Source of the DNA: a virus
Lineage: Duplodnaviria; Caudoviricetes
IMG/VR virus record: IMGVR_UViG_2739367553_000005
Coordinates: 1-64,000 of that record
DNA: 64,000 nt
Strand: one strand, 5' to 3'
The notes below the pieces were generated by a model. That model saw only the letters and a list, made by a program, of their open reading frames with translations, was not told the origin of the DNA and ran no database searches. The position numbers were made by a program, and so were the translations under genes. Positions 29,043-38,721 of the stretch are shown one piece after another. How positions within the stretch are numbered: the first letter of the stretch is position 1; every line of letters begins with the position of its first letter.

Positions 29043-29678
29043 TTAAATTTCGTATTCAGGATATACCGCTTCCCAAACTTCACGATGATAGGTGTTGACT
29101 TCACCATAATTTGCATCGAAAATCTTCTTCACTTCATATCCCATATCCATTCCAGTACGCTTTAATTTTCGCCAATCAAAAGTTTTCCAGTCAACTCCAT
29201 TTAGAGCGGCAACCCGTTTAATGGAATACCAGTCCTTGCTACGATCTAATTCCAATCGAAGCTGTTCCTTTTGCTTTTCTGACTGTATAAGTTCTTCCAA
29301 TGCCTCAATATATGTTTGAGGTCGTTTCGGCTTAATAGCTTCCTCCAACTCGTAGAAACGTTTTACATATTTTGCGGTAAATATAATTCCCTTTTCTCCA
29401 GTTGACTTATTTGCCAGAAAATCGCACCCTAGTCTGGTTGTTTCGTAGCAAGGCCGTTCTTCTCCCTTTGCGTCAATGTAGGTGGATTTCTTAAAATAAT
29501 CAACCACGGACATTTGTCCTTCGTTCAATATCTGGATATAACCTTTCCTATCTTTGCGGCCTTCTAATTTCTTTAAAAGATCTGCATGAGGAACGTCCAT
29601 CATCTCTGCAATTTCCAAAGTGGTAATTGTCTGTGTTTTCTTAATTTCTTCTGTAGTAAAAATTTCGGCTCTGCCCAT
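29043..29678 (-). CDS. Rha-family phage regulatory protein (antirepressor-like)
   Basis: TITTLEIAEMMDVPH, YIDAKGEERPCY, GCDFLANKSTGEKG..FTAKYVKRF. Confidence 0.85.
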   Translation of the reverse strand: MGRAEIFTTEEIKKTQTITTLEIAEMMDVPHADLLKKLEGRKDRKGYIQILNEGQMSVVDYFKKSTYIDAKGEERPCYETTRLGCDFLANKSTGEKGIIFTAKYVKRFYELEEAIKPKRPQTYIEALEELIQSEKQKEQLRLELDRSKDWYSIKRVAALNGVDWKTFDWRKLKRTGMDMGYEVKKIFDANYGEVNTYHREVWEAVYPEYEI

Positions 29679-29914
29679 CTAAGCGTACCCTCCTAAATTT
29701 TCACTTCCGACTCTACATTCCGCAGAGCCAGTAAAATTATTTCGGGGCGTTTCCGGAGCATACCCGGAAAGGAGTTCCACCCCTTCATATTATTATATTA
29801 AGCTTTGCTGAAATAAGTTGTCGAATTCATAAAAAATTTTATATCAAATACTATCATAAAATTTTAAGATAAAGAAAAGAACGTCCAGGTTTGGGCGCTC
29901 TTTTCTTTGATTAA

Positions 29915-31033
29915 TTAATCTTCAATCAATTTAAAATTAGTAATATTCTTTAAATGCCAAGTTTTTTTACTCATATCTAGAGTACCTTTCATCTCAATCT
30001 TTATACCATCTCTATGTGCATCGCAAGCATGCTTATAATCTTCTTCCCCCAACTCAACTTTAATTGTCCTAAATTTATTGTCTAGACAAGTCAATATGGA
30101 TATTTCCCTCTTATATCTCTCTTTGTCAATTCCTTCTTTCTTTAAAGTTTTTATATAACCGTCAACTAAAATGTCTTTTGTTTCATCAACCATTTTATAT
30201 CTTTTTGATATTTCGTTTAAAACAAAAAAATGGTTTCTTTTGATATTTACTTGTTCAATAATACCTGCTTTTTTTGTTATCGCAGATGCATATCTTATTT
30301 TCGTATCTATTTCAACATCAGAATCCTCTGGATTTAACTTTAATAAAGCATCGCACATATTCGCAGTAATTCCAGTCATATATGCATTATTTATTAACCC
30401 ATCAATATCAATTTTATTTTCAACAATATCATTAACCTGGTTTATTGCATTGCCTATCCTTCTTACTATTTTATGCTCTATTGAAGAATCTAGGTTACAC
30501 TCATTTAAAGACATCTGCTCATTCTCTTCATCAACTACTTTAATATCAATATTAATAACAAAACTACCTTTTTCAGTTTGCCCTAATTTAAAACTATCAA
30601 GGAATTCCTTAGAATTATTAGTAGTTCTTAAACAAACTGGTGATTTATTTTGTTCTGCGCAAGCTGAATATAAAATAAGTTCTTTTATTCCATCCAAACA
30701 GGAACTTGCATAACCAAGTGGCAATTCACCTTCTTCTGAAAACTTAGATATTATTCTAAATTCTAGAGTATCATAAAAAGAAGTAATTATTTCTTTTATA
30801 ATCTCATCAATATCCTTTTTATATAAAAATGATAAGCGCTCTAAAGTATTAGGAAGAACTTTATAAAAATCCAAAAATTTCTCATTTGCTGGTATTGCAA
30901 TAGTCTGATCTCCTTCATGAAAGACCATCATTTTCTTATTAGGAAAATTATAATCTCTAATCCAGTTACACAGTAATAAATACTTCTCAAAAGAGTTTGC
31001 TGTAATTTTATATAGTTTTTCATGTTTATCCAT
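29915..31033 (-). CDS. hypothetical protein, partner of DUF4365 protein
   Basis: 372 aa; LGQTEKGSFVINI; translationally coupled to the upstream gene. Confidence 0.8.
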   Translation of the reverse strand: MDKHEKLYKITANSFEKYLLLCNWIRDYNFPNKKMMVFHEGDQTIAIPANEKFLDFYKVLPNTLERLSFLYKKDIDEIIKEIITSFYDTLEFRIISKFSEEGELPLGYASSCLDGIKELILYSACAEQNKSPVCLRTTNNSKEFLDSFKLGQTEKGSFVINIDIKVVDEENEQMSLNECNLDSSIEHKIVRRIGNAINQVNDIVENKIDIDGLINNAYMTGITANMCDALLKLNPEDSDVEIDTKIRYASAITKKAGIIEQVNIKRNHFFVLNEISKRYKMVDETKDILVDGYIKTLKKEGIDKERYKREISILTCLDNKFRTIKVELGEEDYKHACDAHRDGIKIEMKGTLDMSKKTWHLKNITNFKLIED

Positions 31034-31539
31034 TACAACACCCCCCTTTTCACCATATCCATTAATCTAATTAATTCTACAGCTGTTAGCATTTGAGTTT
31101 CTGGAATTTTTATTCTAACCTTTTGACCATTTTTAGTATCAGGTAATCCTTTTAAAGAACACCAGTAAGCACACTTTTCTAACTTCATTTCATTACATGA
31201 CACTTGAACCCAATCATTTCGATTTTTAGGCAGAACAAATAAAATAAGTATTCTTGGAGTACCAATATTTAGCTGTATTAGATCTTTGTAATTCTTAACT
31301 TCTAAATCATATATTATAATCCCTGATTTAATTTTAGCATTAACTGTAGACTTCAGTTGAATATCAATACCAAAGCCTGTTTGCCAATGCCTCTTTCTAT
31401 CTGTACTATATTCAATATCATTAATTCTAGCATCTAAACCATAATCTGATTTGTACTCTTGAAATGATAATCCTGCATATGCTGAAATTGCCTGCGCATA
31501 CGCAACACTCAATTGTTCCTTTGTATGCTCCTCAGTCAC
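31033..31539 (-). CDS. DUF4365-domain PD-(D/E)XK-like protein
   Basis: KEQLSVAY..A, DYGLDA, IDIQLKST, YDLEVKNY, PRILILFVLP, CAYW. Confidence 0.8.
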   Translation of the reverse strand: MTEEHTKEQLSVAYAQAISAYAGLSFQEYKSDYGLDARINDIEYSTDRKRHWQTGFGIDIQLKSTVNAKIKSGIIIYDLEVKNYKDLIQLNIGTPRILILFVLPKNRNDWVQVSCNEMKLEKCAYWCSLKGLPDTKNGQKVRIKIPETQMLTAVELIRLMDMVKRGVL

Positions 31540-31758
31540 TTTTCCACCCCCGAATATTATACAATTTATAATATATTAAAATAATGAGTATTTCAATAAG
31601 TTAAATTATAAATTATGGGGTTTTTTATCATATTAGAACATATGTTCTTAAATGTCAATATATGTAAACAAAAAATGAGTATTTAATAGAAATTCATTAT
31701 ATCTAATTTATTCGTAAAAAGGAGCAGGCGTTTTTCCTGCTCCTTTAAATGGATCTAT

Positions 31759-32175
31759 TTAATTATTAGCCACCGTCTCCACAACAACCTGACCATCTTT
31801 TACCCAGGCACCATCAGAACCAACTGTGTAACCGTCTGGGGTTGTGGTGTCGTGGAGCATAGCCCAATCATCGCCAAAATAATAATACTTACCATCTGCC
31901 GGATCATGAAACCAAGTGCTTTTCAGTAAGAATCCATCTTCGCTACAATAATACCAGTCATATTTGTGATTTTGAACCCATTGACTCTGGGCAAGGCTTC
32001 CATCTTGCTTATAGTATACCCATCTCTCCTGTCCACTGCTATCAGTCCTTGAACTGAATGGCATATCGCGAATACTGTCTGTCCATGGAATAGATGCTGC
32101 ATTTTGTGCAAACACACCACTTGACATAATTAACATTATTGAAAGAGTTAGTAAAATGGTTACAATCTTTTTCAT
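31759..32175 (-). CDS. secreted cell-wall-binding repeat protein
   Basis: signal peptide; WYYCSEDGFLLKSTW, YYYFGDDWAML, TTPDGYTVGSDGAW. Confidence 0.8.
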   Translation of the reverse strand: MKKIVTILLTLSIMLIMSSGVFAQNAASIPWTDSIRDMPFSSRTDSSGQERWVYYKQDGSLAQSQWVQNHKYDWYYCSEDGFLLKSTWFHDPADGKYYYFGDDWAMLHDTTTPDGYTVGSDGAWVKDGQVVVETVANN

Positions 32176-32248
32176 TCCGCACCTCCAAATAATTATATGT
32201 AAATAGTACCATTATTTGTGTACGCTGTAAATAGCTTGTACCACTATA

Positions 32249-34225
32249 CTAATCCCAGTCAACATTTCCTCCCATATTTTGAATTGAATACCTTATTGCA
32301 TCTAATCTGTTATATACCTGTTTTAACATTCTCAAAACTCCCCACGATCCAGCCCAATCATCGCCTTCAAAATAATAATCCTGCCGACAATAAACTCTTG
32401 CTGTTTTAATATCACCAGTCCCTTTAAGTTCTATAGCTTCACGCATTAGGTCACTTCCAATTGTCATTCGTGCCAGCTCTCCAGACGGTCCACTTGTAAC
32501 AATGTCTGTAATATTAACATACCCGTTAGCAGACATGAGAGTTCCGGTTCCATTAGCACTTACCTGATAGTCTCCTAATCGCACAACCGAATTATTTGCC
32601 ACGAACAAATTTGCTCCTATGTTTATAGATCCACCAACCACTCTACCGCTGAACGTAGCATTTCCATCACCGTCCAGCTGAAAATTATTACTGTTAACAA
32701 TAAGCCGGTTTCCGGATATCGTTACCTTATCGCTTTCGACTGATAACTGTGCTGATACATCACCTTTACTTACTTTCAATGATATCTGCTGCGCTGTCTG
32801 TTCAAATCGAGAATTCGTATCATTTTTAAGATTTGTCACCGAAGCAACAATCCCATCCGCTCTGATATTCAGTGACGCTTCTGCATCTTTCGCCCTGGTC
32901 ACTTCCGCGAGAATCTGATCCGCTGTCACCTTAAACTGTGCTTCCGTGTATTCTTTCAAATCTGTTACCCGGACAGAAACTTCCTCCACGGATTTTTTAA
33001 TAACAGCTGTCTTTCCCTCTAACTGAATTATCTGATCTCCAAGTCCAAAACTTTGTTCCTGCTCAATATTACCTTTCGCAACATAAGTATCCGTCATTCC
33101 CTGTATGCCTTTCAAGGTTCGCTGAAGGCAAAAGGTTTCAATCACATCGTCCGTAGTATAGCATATGATCCCGTCACCAACCTCTACCCACGGCAGAGCC
33201 GGTCCAACGATTTGACAGGGTCTGTACAATCTTCCTGAAATATAATCATAAACTATAGCAGCAATCGAAAGGAGTTCTTGTTCCGATTTTCCATAGACCA
33301 GGTAATTTCCCTGAATTACATAACAGTTACTTCCCGGGCCATAGGACGCGCCTACGTCTCCCTCTTCCTGCCGGATCTGTACCTTATCAATCGGATATAC
33401 CACATAATCTTCATAATGTGTCTCTGTTTGTTTGTAGTAGGATAATGTTTCCGCATTGGTCATCTCTGATGGAAATAATTCGTCATCAGGGTATAAGTTT
33501 TCAGACGGGAACAGACCGGAAGTACCCAAATACTTATATGTAAGCCGGCCAGTCTTATCGAAATTCCCAAAGCAACCGTTTAACTCACAGATAGCCATTA
33601 AAACCTTACGGCCGTCTAGCTGCTCCGGTTCAATAGTCTTTGTTATCTGCATATCGTCCAGGGGTAATTCCGCTATGATCTGTGTAACACCCACATGATT
33701 ACAAAGCGAATCCCTGAACAATTTCAATGTCAGGGGAAAGGTTAATCCCTGGTACCAGTCTGCCACATCAATATCAAATTTCATCATGCGATCATAGGCT
33801 ACAATCTTTTTTCGTCGTCTGTCAACCTGCTCCCGGACAAAGCTATCTACTCTATAGATCCCCAAGGCCATTTCATAGCCACCAATCTCAACAGTTGCCA
33901 TAAATTCTTTCCCAGTTAGATCCATTAATACATCCGCCACCGTTACTTCAAACATGGAAGCACAGCACTCGCCAAAAGTTAAATTCTGGCTTGAGCATAG
34001 ACTCTCTGTTATTGTCACGGATTCGGATATTATCTGGCTATTATCAATGACATACACTGGCTCCTGATCAACAGGAAATAAATCGTCGGAGGGAAACAGG
34101 TTATCTTCCGGATAAATCATCTTTATCTCTTCATCAAAGAAACGTAGTTTTATATGCCGTCGTGTGGCAGAACCCATATTATCTGCCCGAAACAATTCTT
34201 TTATTTCATCTGGGATATTCAGCAC
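32249..34225 (-). CDS. minor tail / baseplate hub (Tal-like) protein
   Basis: 658 aa; LTFGECCASMFEV; C-terminal SRFEQTAQQISLKV coiled coil. Confidence 0.75.
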   Translation of the reverse strand: MLNIPDEIKELFRADNMGSATRRHIKLRFFDEEIKMIYPEDNLFPSDDLFPVDQEPVYVIDNSQIISESVTITESLCSSQNLTFGECCASMFEVTVADVLMDLTGKEFMATVEIGGYEMALGIYRVDSFVREQVDRRRKKIVAYDRMMKFDIDVADWYQGLTFPLTLKLFRDSLCNHVGVTQIIAELPLDDMQITKTIEPEQLDGRKVLMAICELNGCFGNFDKTGRLTYKYLGTSGLFPSENLYPDDELFPSEMTNAETLSYYKQTETHYEDYVVYPIDKVQIRQEEGDVGASYGPGSNCYVIQGNYLVYGKSEQELLSIAAIVYDYISGRLYRPCQIVGPALPWVEVGDGIICYTTDDVIETFCLQRTLKGIQGMTDTYVAKGNIEQEQSFGLGDQIIQLEGKTAVIKKSVEEVSVRVTDLKEYTEAQFKVTADQILAEVTRAKDAEASLNIRADGIVASVTNLKNDTNSRFEQTAQQISLKVSKGDVSAQLSVESDKVTISGNRLIVNSNNFQLDGDGNATFSGRVVGGSINIGANLFVANNSVVRLGDYQVSANGTGTLMSANGYVNITDIVTSGPSGELARMTIGSDLMREAIELKGTGDIKTARVYCRQDYYFEGDDWAGSWGVLRMLKQVYNRLDAIRYSIQNMGGNVDWD

Positions 34226-34237
34226 TTCACAACCTCC

Positions 34238-34636
34238 TTAATACTCAGTTATCGTTATCTTAATCGGCTTGTAGAGTATATCTTTTTTCTTCTCATTAAC
34301 ATTCACAATCTCATAGGGAATATCTGAAATATAAAACGCCCCCGATTTATACGAGGACGTGTTTGGATTCCAATATTCAATTTGACATTTTACCCTGTTT
34401 CCATGTGGTACAAAGGCATTCAGCTTATCAACATCTTTTAGCCATAAGTGTGTGGTGGAAAATTCCATAGAGGTGGCAGTATGAGGTAAGGCATTACGAT
34501 GAAGTTCTCCGTTTCCATCTCGGTAGGGATCCAGATCCATTATCTGATCCGGCGTGCACTTATATGATTCCAGTGCAATTAATTCATTTGGAAACACTGT
34601 TCCATTTATTTTTAATAGCCAGCCTTCAAACGCCAT
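34238..34636 (-). CDS. distal tail (Dit-like) protein
   Basis: start MAFEGWLLKING after GGAGGTG; PYRDGNGELHR; ITITEY end. Confidence 0.7.
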   Translation of the reverse strand: MAFEGWLLKINGTVFPNELIALESYKCTPDQIMDLDPYRDGNGELHRNALPHTATSMEFSTTHLWLKDVDKLNAFVPHGNRVKCQIEYWNPNTSSYKSGAFYISDIPYEIVNVNEKKKDILYKPIKITITEY

Positions 34637-34705
34637 TCGCCCACCTCCAGACATACAAAAAAGCGCCATCTCTACGACAACGCTTTCTTTTCATTCTATA
34701 CCACA

Positions 34706-34744
34706 ATATCATTTTAACATATTAGATGTGGGAAATGTGGGAAT
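34706..34744 (-). promoter_or_regulatory. late promoter candidate, copy upstream of the Dit-lysis block
   Basis: minus strand ATTCCCACATTTCCCACATCTAATATGTTAAAATGATAT; extended -10 TGnTAAAAT. Confidence 0.7.
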
Positions 34745-34749
34745 GTTAT

Positions 34750-35682
34750 TTAGTCATAAGTATACCGCACAATCGAATTTTTTCCATCATTAAATAAATC
34801 ATCTCTTTGTAACAAAATTCTATATGCATTGTCATAAAATGGAGAGGGAAAAAGATTATTGAATTTTACAAGTTCTCCATCTCCCAACCAAGAAAAGACT
34901 ATATCATTACGAACCTTCAATATGCCTACGATATTTCTAGAGATATCATAATCACATGAATCATTATGTAATTTTTTCTTTAGTATAATTGCATGTTGTG
35001 CATGTGGTCTTAAAAAAGTTGAAGGTAATGCAATTCTTAAGTCAATTGTTATTATATCATTTCCGTTTTCTACACCATTAATTGCTTCATTACTATCTGC
35101 TGCAATTAACATAACATATTGATATCTTAACGGATCATCACCTTTTAATATTCTCGTTACCATTTCAGAATTATAATTATTTTTAATTCTATTAATATAT
35201 GTTGCATAGGTAATTTTCCCTATACTTTGACAGTAATATTTATTTAAGCCAAACCATAATGCAATCCAATGATTATCAACCGCATCAATGCAGCAAGTAT
35301 TAATTCCATAGTGCTGCAACATACCTTCAATAATATCATATGAGTTTTTGTTATCCTTGTTTAAATGTATTTCTTTTGAAAATTTTTTATCATTTAAAGA
35401 TGCATTGATAATTTTTTTTAGTCTAGAAATTTTCAATCCACTTTTATTTGTTTTTTCGTGTAATAAACTGGGCAGCATAGATTCATATAAATTACACTGT
35501 CCTCTGTAATAAACTTTTCCATATTCCTGATTTAAAAGTTTGGCGTAACCAATAATTTTATTTAATCCATGACAGTCAAATACTTCGTAAATTGGTACGC
35601 TATGGCCATTACTAAATTTAAAATCTTCAACGTACAATGTTCCTCTAATATTATTTTTACCCAATACTTTTGGATTTTTCAT
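34750..35682 (-). CDS. FRG-domain protein
   Basis: YYRGQ...MLPSL and LQHYGINTCCIDAVDNHWIALWFG. Confidence 0.8.
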   Translation of the reverse strand: MKNPKVLGKNNIRGTLYVEDFKFSNGHSVPIYEVFDCHGLNKIIGYAKLLNQEYGKVYYRGQCNLYESMLPSLLHEKTNKSGLKISRLKKIINASLNDKKFSKEIHLNKDNKNSYDIIEGMLQHYGINTCCIDAVDNHWIALWFGLNKYYCQSIGKITYATYINRIKNNYNSEMVTRILKGDDPLRYQYVMLIAADSNEAINGVENGNDIITIDLRIALPSTFLRPHAQHAIILKKKLHNDSCDYDISRNIVGILKVRNDIVFSWLGDGELVKFNNLFPSPFYDNAYRILLQRDDLFNDGKNSIVRYTYD

Positions 35683-35765
35683 TTTAGTACTCCAATATTA
35701 TTTTAAATGCTAAATATTAAGATCAAACAACATGATTAAACAATAAAACACCTTTATTTTTTTGA

Positions 35766-36935
35766 TTACACATCTAATTCGATCTTTCCTTCATCGGTAG
35801 TAGAAATAATATTTTTAATAAATAAATTAATTACATCTGTAATTTTTATATTTTGTTCCAGAATGTAAGATTTTATATGAGAATAGAGAATATCTAAATT
35901 AATAAAATCAGAACAATAATTCATACCCATTTCTTCTAAAGATTTTTTTAATAACATATTATCATCAAATCCAATTAAAATCGAACGTAAGTATTGATTC
36001 TTAATGTAATCATTGCTTAGTCTTGATTCATTAACATCGTATCCTGCTTTAATTATAGTACACTCATAATCTCTTCCATCTTTAATTGCAGTACCTATAT
36101 TATTTTCAAGAATATATTTTAATCCCGATAATGATTCCTGAGACGATAATCCAGGATCCGGACAAAAAATTGGACATTTTTGTTCTTTAGCGAATTCTAT
36201 AGAATGCATGGATCCGCTTTTTTCTTCGCATTCCATTGCAACTATTGCCTTAGACAATCCAACTATTAATCGATTTCTATTTATAAATCTATATTTTTCT
36301 GCTCTCGTTTTAACAGGATATTCTGATAATAAAGTACCTCCATTTTTTAATATAGCGTCGGCTAATATTACATTTTCCTTTGGATATACTCTATCTAACC
36401 CATGTGCAAGAACAGCAATAGTTTTACCTTTTGAGGTCAAGCAAGCAATATGGGATAATCTATCAATACCGTAAGCAAGACCGGAAATAATGGCAAACCC
36501 TTCATTAACCCATTGAGGAATTAAATAATTAATTGCATTAAATCCGAACTGTGTTGGTCTTCTAGTACCTATAGAAGCTATCGCCTTGTCAAAGCCAATA
36601 TTTGGATTTGCTCCTTTATAATAAATGATTGCTGGAGGATTATTTATTCTCATTAAATTGCATGGATAATTGTCACTTGAGTAAATAGCTGTATAAACCC
36701 CCAGTTCCTGATTGATTTTCAATATTTCATCAGCCTTATTAAGAGCTTCGCTAAGTTTGCTATAATCAGATAAAACATCCTTATAAGTCAACAACTCCAT
36801 ATTTGTGAGAAAGATATTGGAATTATTCTGGTCAAACAAACTGACAAGGACATCAGGATTGTAATCTAATATTATTTTTAATAATACATCATTTCTTAAC
36901 CCCAGTTCATTTAGGGCAATTATATATCTTTCCAC
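35766..36935 (-). CDS. DprA/Smf-like protein (ShosA-like antitoxin)
   Basis: IASIGTRRPT, IISGLAYGIDRLSH, TIAVLAHGLD, RNRLIVGLS, SGSMHS. Confidence 0.85.
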   Translation of the reverse strand: MERYIIALNELGLRNDVLLKIILDYNPDVLVSLFDQNNSNIFLTNMELLTYKDVLSDYSKLSEALNKADEILKINQELGVYTAIYSSDNYPCNLMRINNPPAIIYYKGANPNIGFDKAIASIGTRRPTQFGFNAINYLIPQWVNEGFAIISGLAYGIDRLSHIACLTSKGKTIAVLAHGLDRVYPKENVILADAILKNGGTLLSEYPVKTRAEKYRFINRNRLIVGLSKAIVAMECEEKSGSMHSIEFAKEQKCPIFCPDPGLSSQESLSGLKYILENNIGTAIKDGRDYECTIIKAGYDVNESRLSNDYIKNQYLRSILIGFDDNMLLKKSLEEMGMNYCSDFINLDILYSHIKSYILEQNIKITDVINLFIKNIISTTDEGKIELDV

Positions 36936-36959
36936 TTTTATACTTCCTTAAATAAGATT

Positions 36960-38164
36960 TTACGAATTAAAAATTTTATACAATTCTGTAATCTCATCTT
37001 TTGCGCTGTCTTCATAATCCAAATACCGTACTTCTGAATTTACATTTTTATATTCGTATCCAATATTATATACATCTCCTGAAATATTGTAATCTACTTT
37101 TTGAAAAGGCTTTCCAAAGTTACCTAAGGAAACAAACACTATTTTATTAACTCCAAGTTTTTTTAATAAATTTCTAATAGCATTAAATGTATTTCCATGA
37201 GTCATATAATCATCAAAGATACAAACATTAAATCTATTCTCTTTTTTTAACCGGTCAATTTTAGATCTATATTCAGGGTTGATCCTAATCGTTTCAAATT
37301 CCTTATTTGCTCCCATTGAAGTTCTGGCAGTCTGATTTGCAAGCATATGCGCCTGGGTTTTAGGTTTAACCCGCTCTAATATATTGGGATTATTCATTTG
37401 ATTTTTTGGTAAACGCTTTCCTTTTATGTAGCGAACCTGAGTCATAAAACTAAAAATATATTCATTCAAATGGCAGTCTGATGATGGAATCATACCAAAA
37501 AGTTCTATATCATCAAATAACTGAGTGTTAGTCATACCTGCTAAAAAGTGGTAAAGTAAAATAGTGTAATAATTTCTACTTGTACCCTTTTTAACAGACT
37601 TTCAAAATGCTCCACCATTTCACGCTCACTATCCGTTTTAGCTTTGTATTTATATCTTCCGTCCATTAAAGATAGAGCTTTCACATTTGGTTCAATTTCT
37701 AATTCAGCATACCAACTTTCTTGATTATTTAAAGTTTTAATAAACTTAAATAATTGCTTAGGAGTATCAACATGGACACCATAGAACTCTGCTTTATCTT
37801 CTACAGGTATCCACGTTGGAACTATAAAGAGTGAGTGGCTTAAAACCGCTAAATGAAAATCCACTTCTTTACCACTGACAAAAACAAAGAAGTGATTTTT
37901 TGTCTTATGTTGACTGATAAAGTCACGAACTTTACTTCTCACACAAAATTTTAAATTAATAAATCCCCTTTTATTAAAAAAATTTTTAGCAGCATTTAAT
38001 TGTGACAAATCCCGACTAACAAAAAAAATTTTATTTTCGTCAGCAGTACATAATTCATTTGCATATTCCAAAAAGTTATAAACCTTTTTCTCATGTTCGA
38101 TTTTATCATAATTAGTAAATGATAACCTAAGTAAATCAAGATTACAAAATAGTATCTTCTCCAT
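36960..38164 (-). pseudogene. HAD-like/phosphoribosyltransferase protein (ShosT-like toxin) split by a 1-nt frameshift
   Basis: VCIFDDYMTHGNT PRPP-binding motif in the 3' ORF; adding one A at TTAAAAAGGG (~37588-37592) joins the ORFs as LLKKGTSRNYYTILLYHFLAGMTNTQ. Confidence 0.75.
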
Positions 38165-38264
38165 ATTTTATCCCCCGTATATGATATAAGATTATTTTAT
38201 CATATTTTGATAGTTTTGCAAACCAGAAAAATACAAACAATTAATTGATCTCAAGTTGATTTAA

Positions 38265-38714
38265 CTAATAATTAACACAACACAAGAATTTATCAATTTT
38301 CTTCTGAACAGTTGTCCTATCATAATTCAGTTCCTTTGCAATTTCTTCATAAGGTCTACGCTCAATATACCGATAATACAAGATCTGCTTAATCTCCACC
38401 TGCTCCGGTCCCAATTTTTCCAACAAGTACTCAATCTCCAGTTTCATATCCTCAAACAGCTGCTCGTTTCCTTTCAAATCAATCAGGAGCTGCCGGACCA
38501 TCTTTTCCCTTTCCTCATTCGATTTCACGCTTGCACCGGAAACCACAAAATGGCATTCTGTAAACGGGAACTGCTTCAGGGATCCTTTTACAATTCCATA
38601 TTCAGAAGTCAGTGGATTATTCTCATAGTATTTTATCCTGCGCCTGAGACGCTTAATTTCAGATTCCAGGTATGTATAAGTTGCTAAATATTCCCTCGTC
38701 AATTTCATAATCAA
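38265..38714 (-). CDS. ArpU/RinA-like late transcription activator
   Basis: C-terminal HTH RPYEEIAKELNYDRTTVQKKI; directly downstream of terL. Confidence 0.7.
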   Translation of the reverse strand: MIMKLTREYLATYTYLESEIKRLRRRIKYYENNPLTSEYGIVKGSLKQFPFTECHFVVSGASVKSNEEREKMVRQLLIDLKGNEQLFEDMKLEIEYLLEKLGPEQVEIKQILYYRYIERRPYEEIAKELNYDRTTVQKKIDKFLCCVNY

Positions 38715-38721
38715 ATCCTCC

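Noticed and set aside
37580-37600. Programmed ribosomal frameshift in the ShosT-like gene
   Set aside because: G TTA AAA AGG is not a canonical X XXY YYZ or A AAA AAG site in frame; a 1-bp deletion or sequencing error is simpler.
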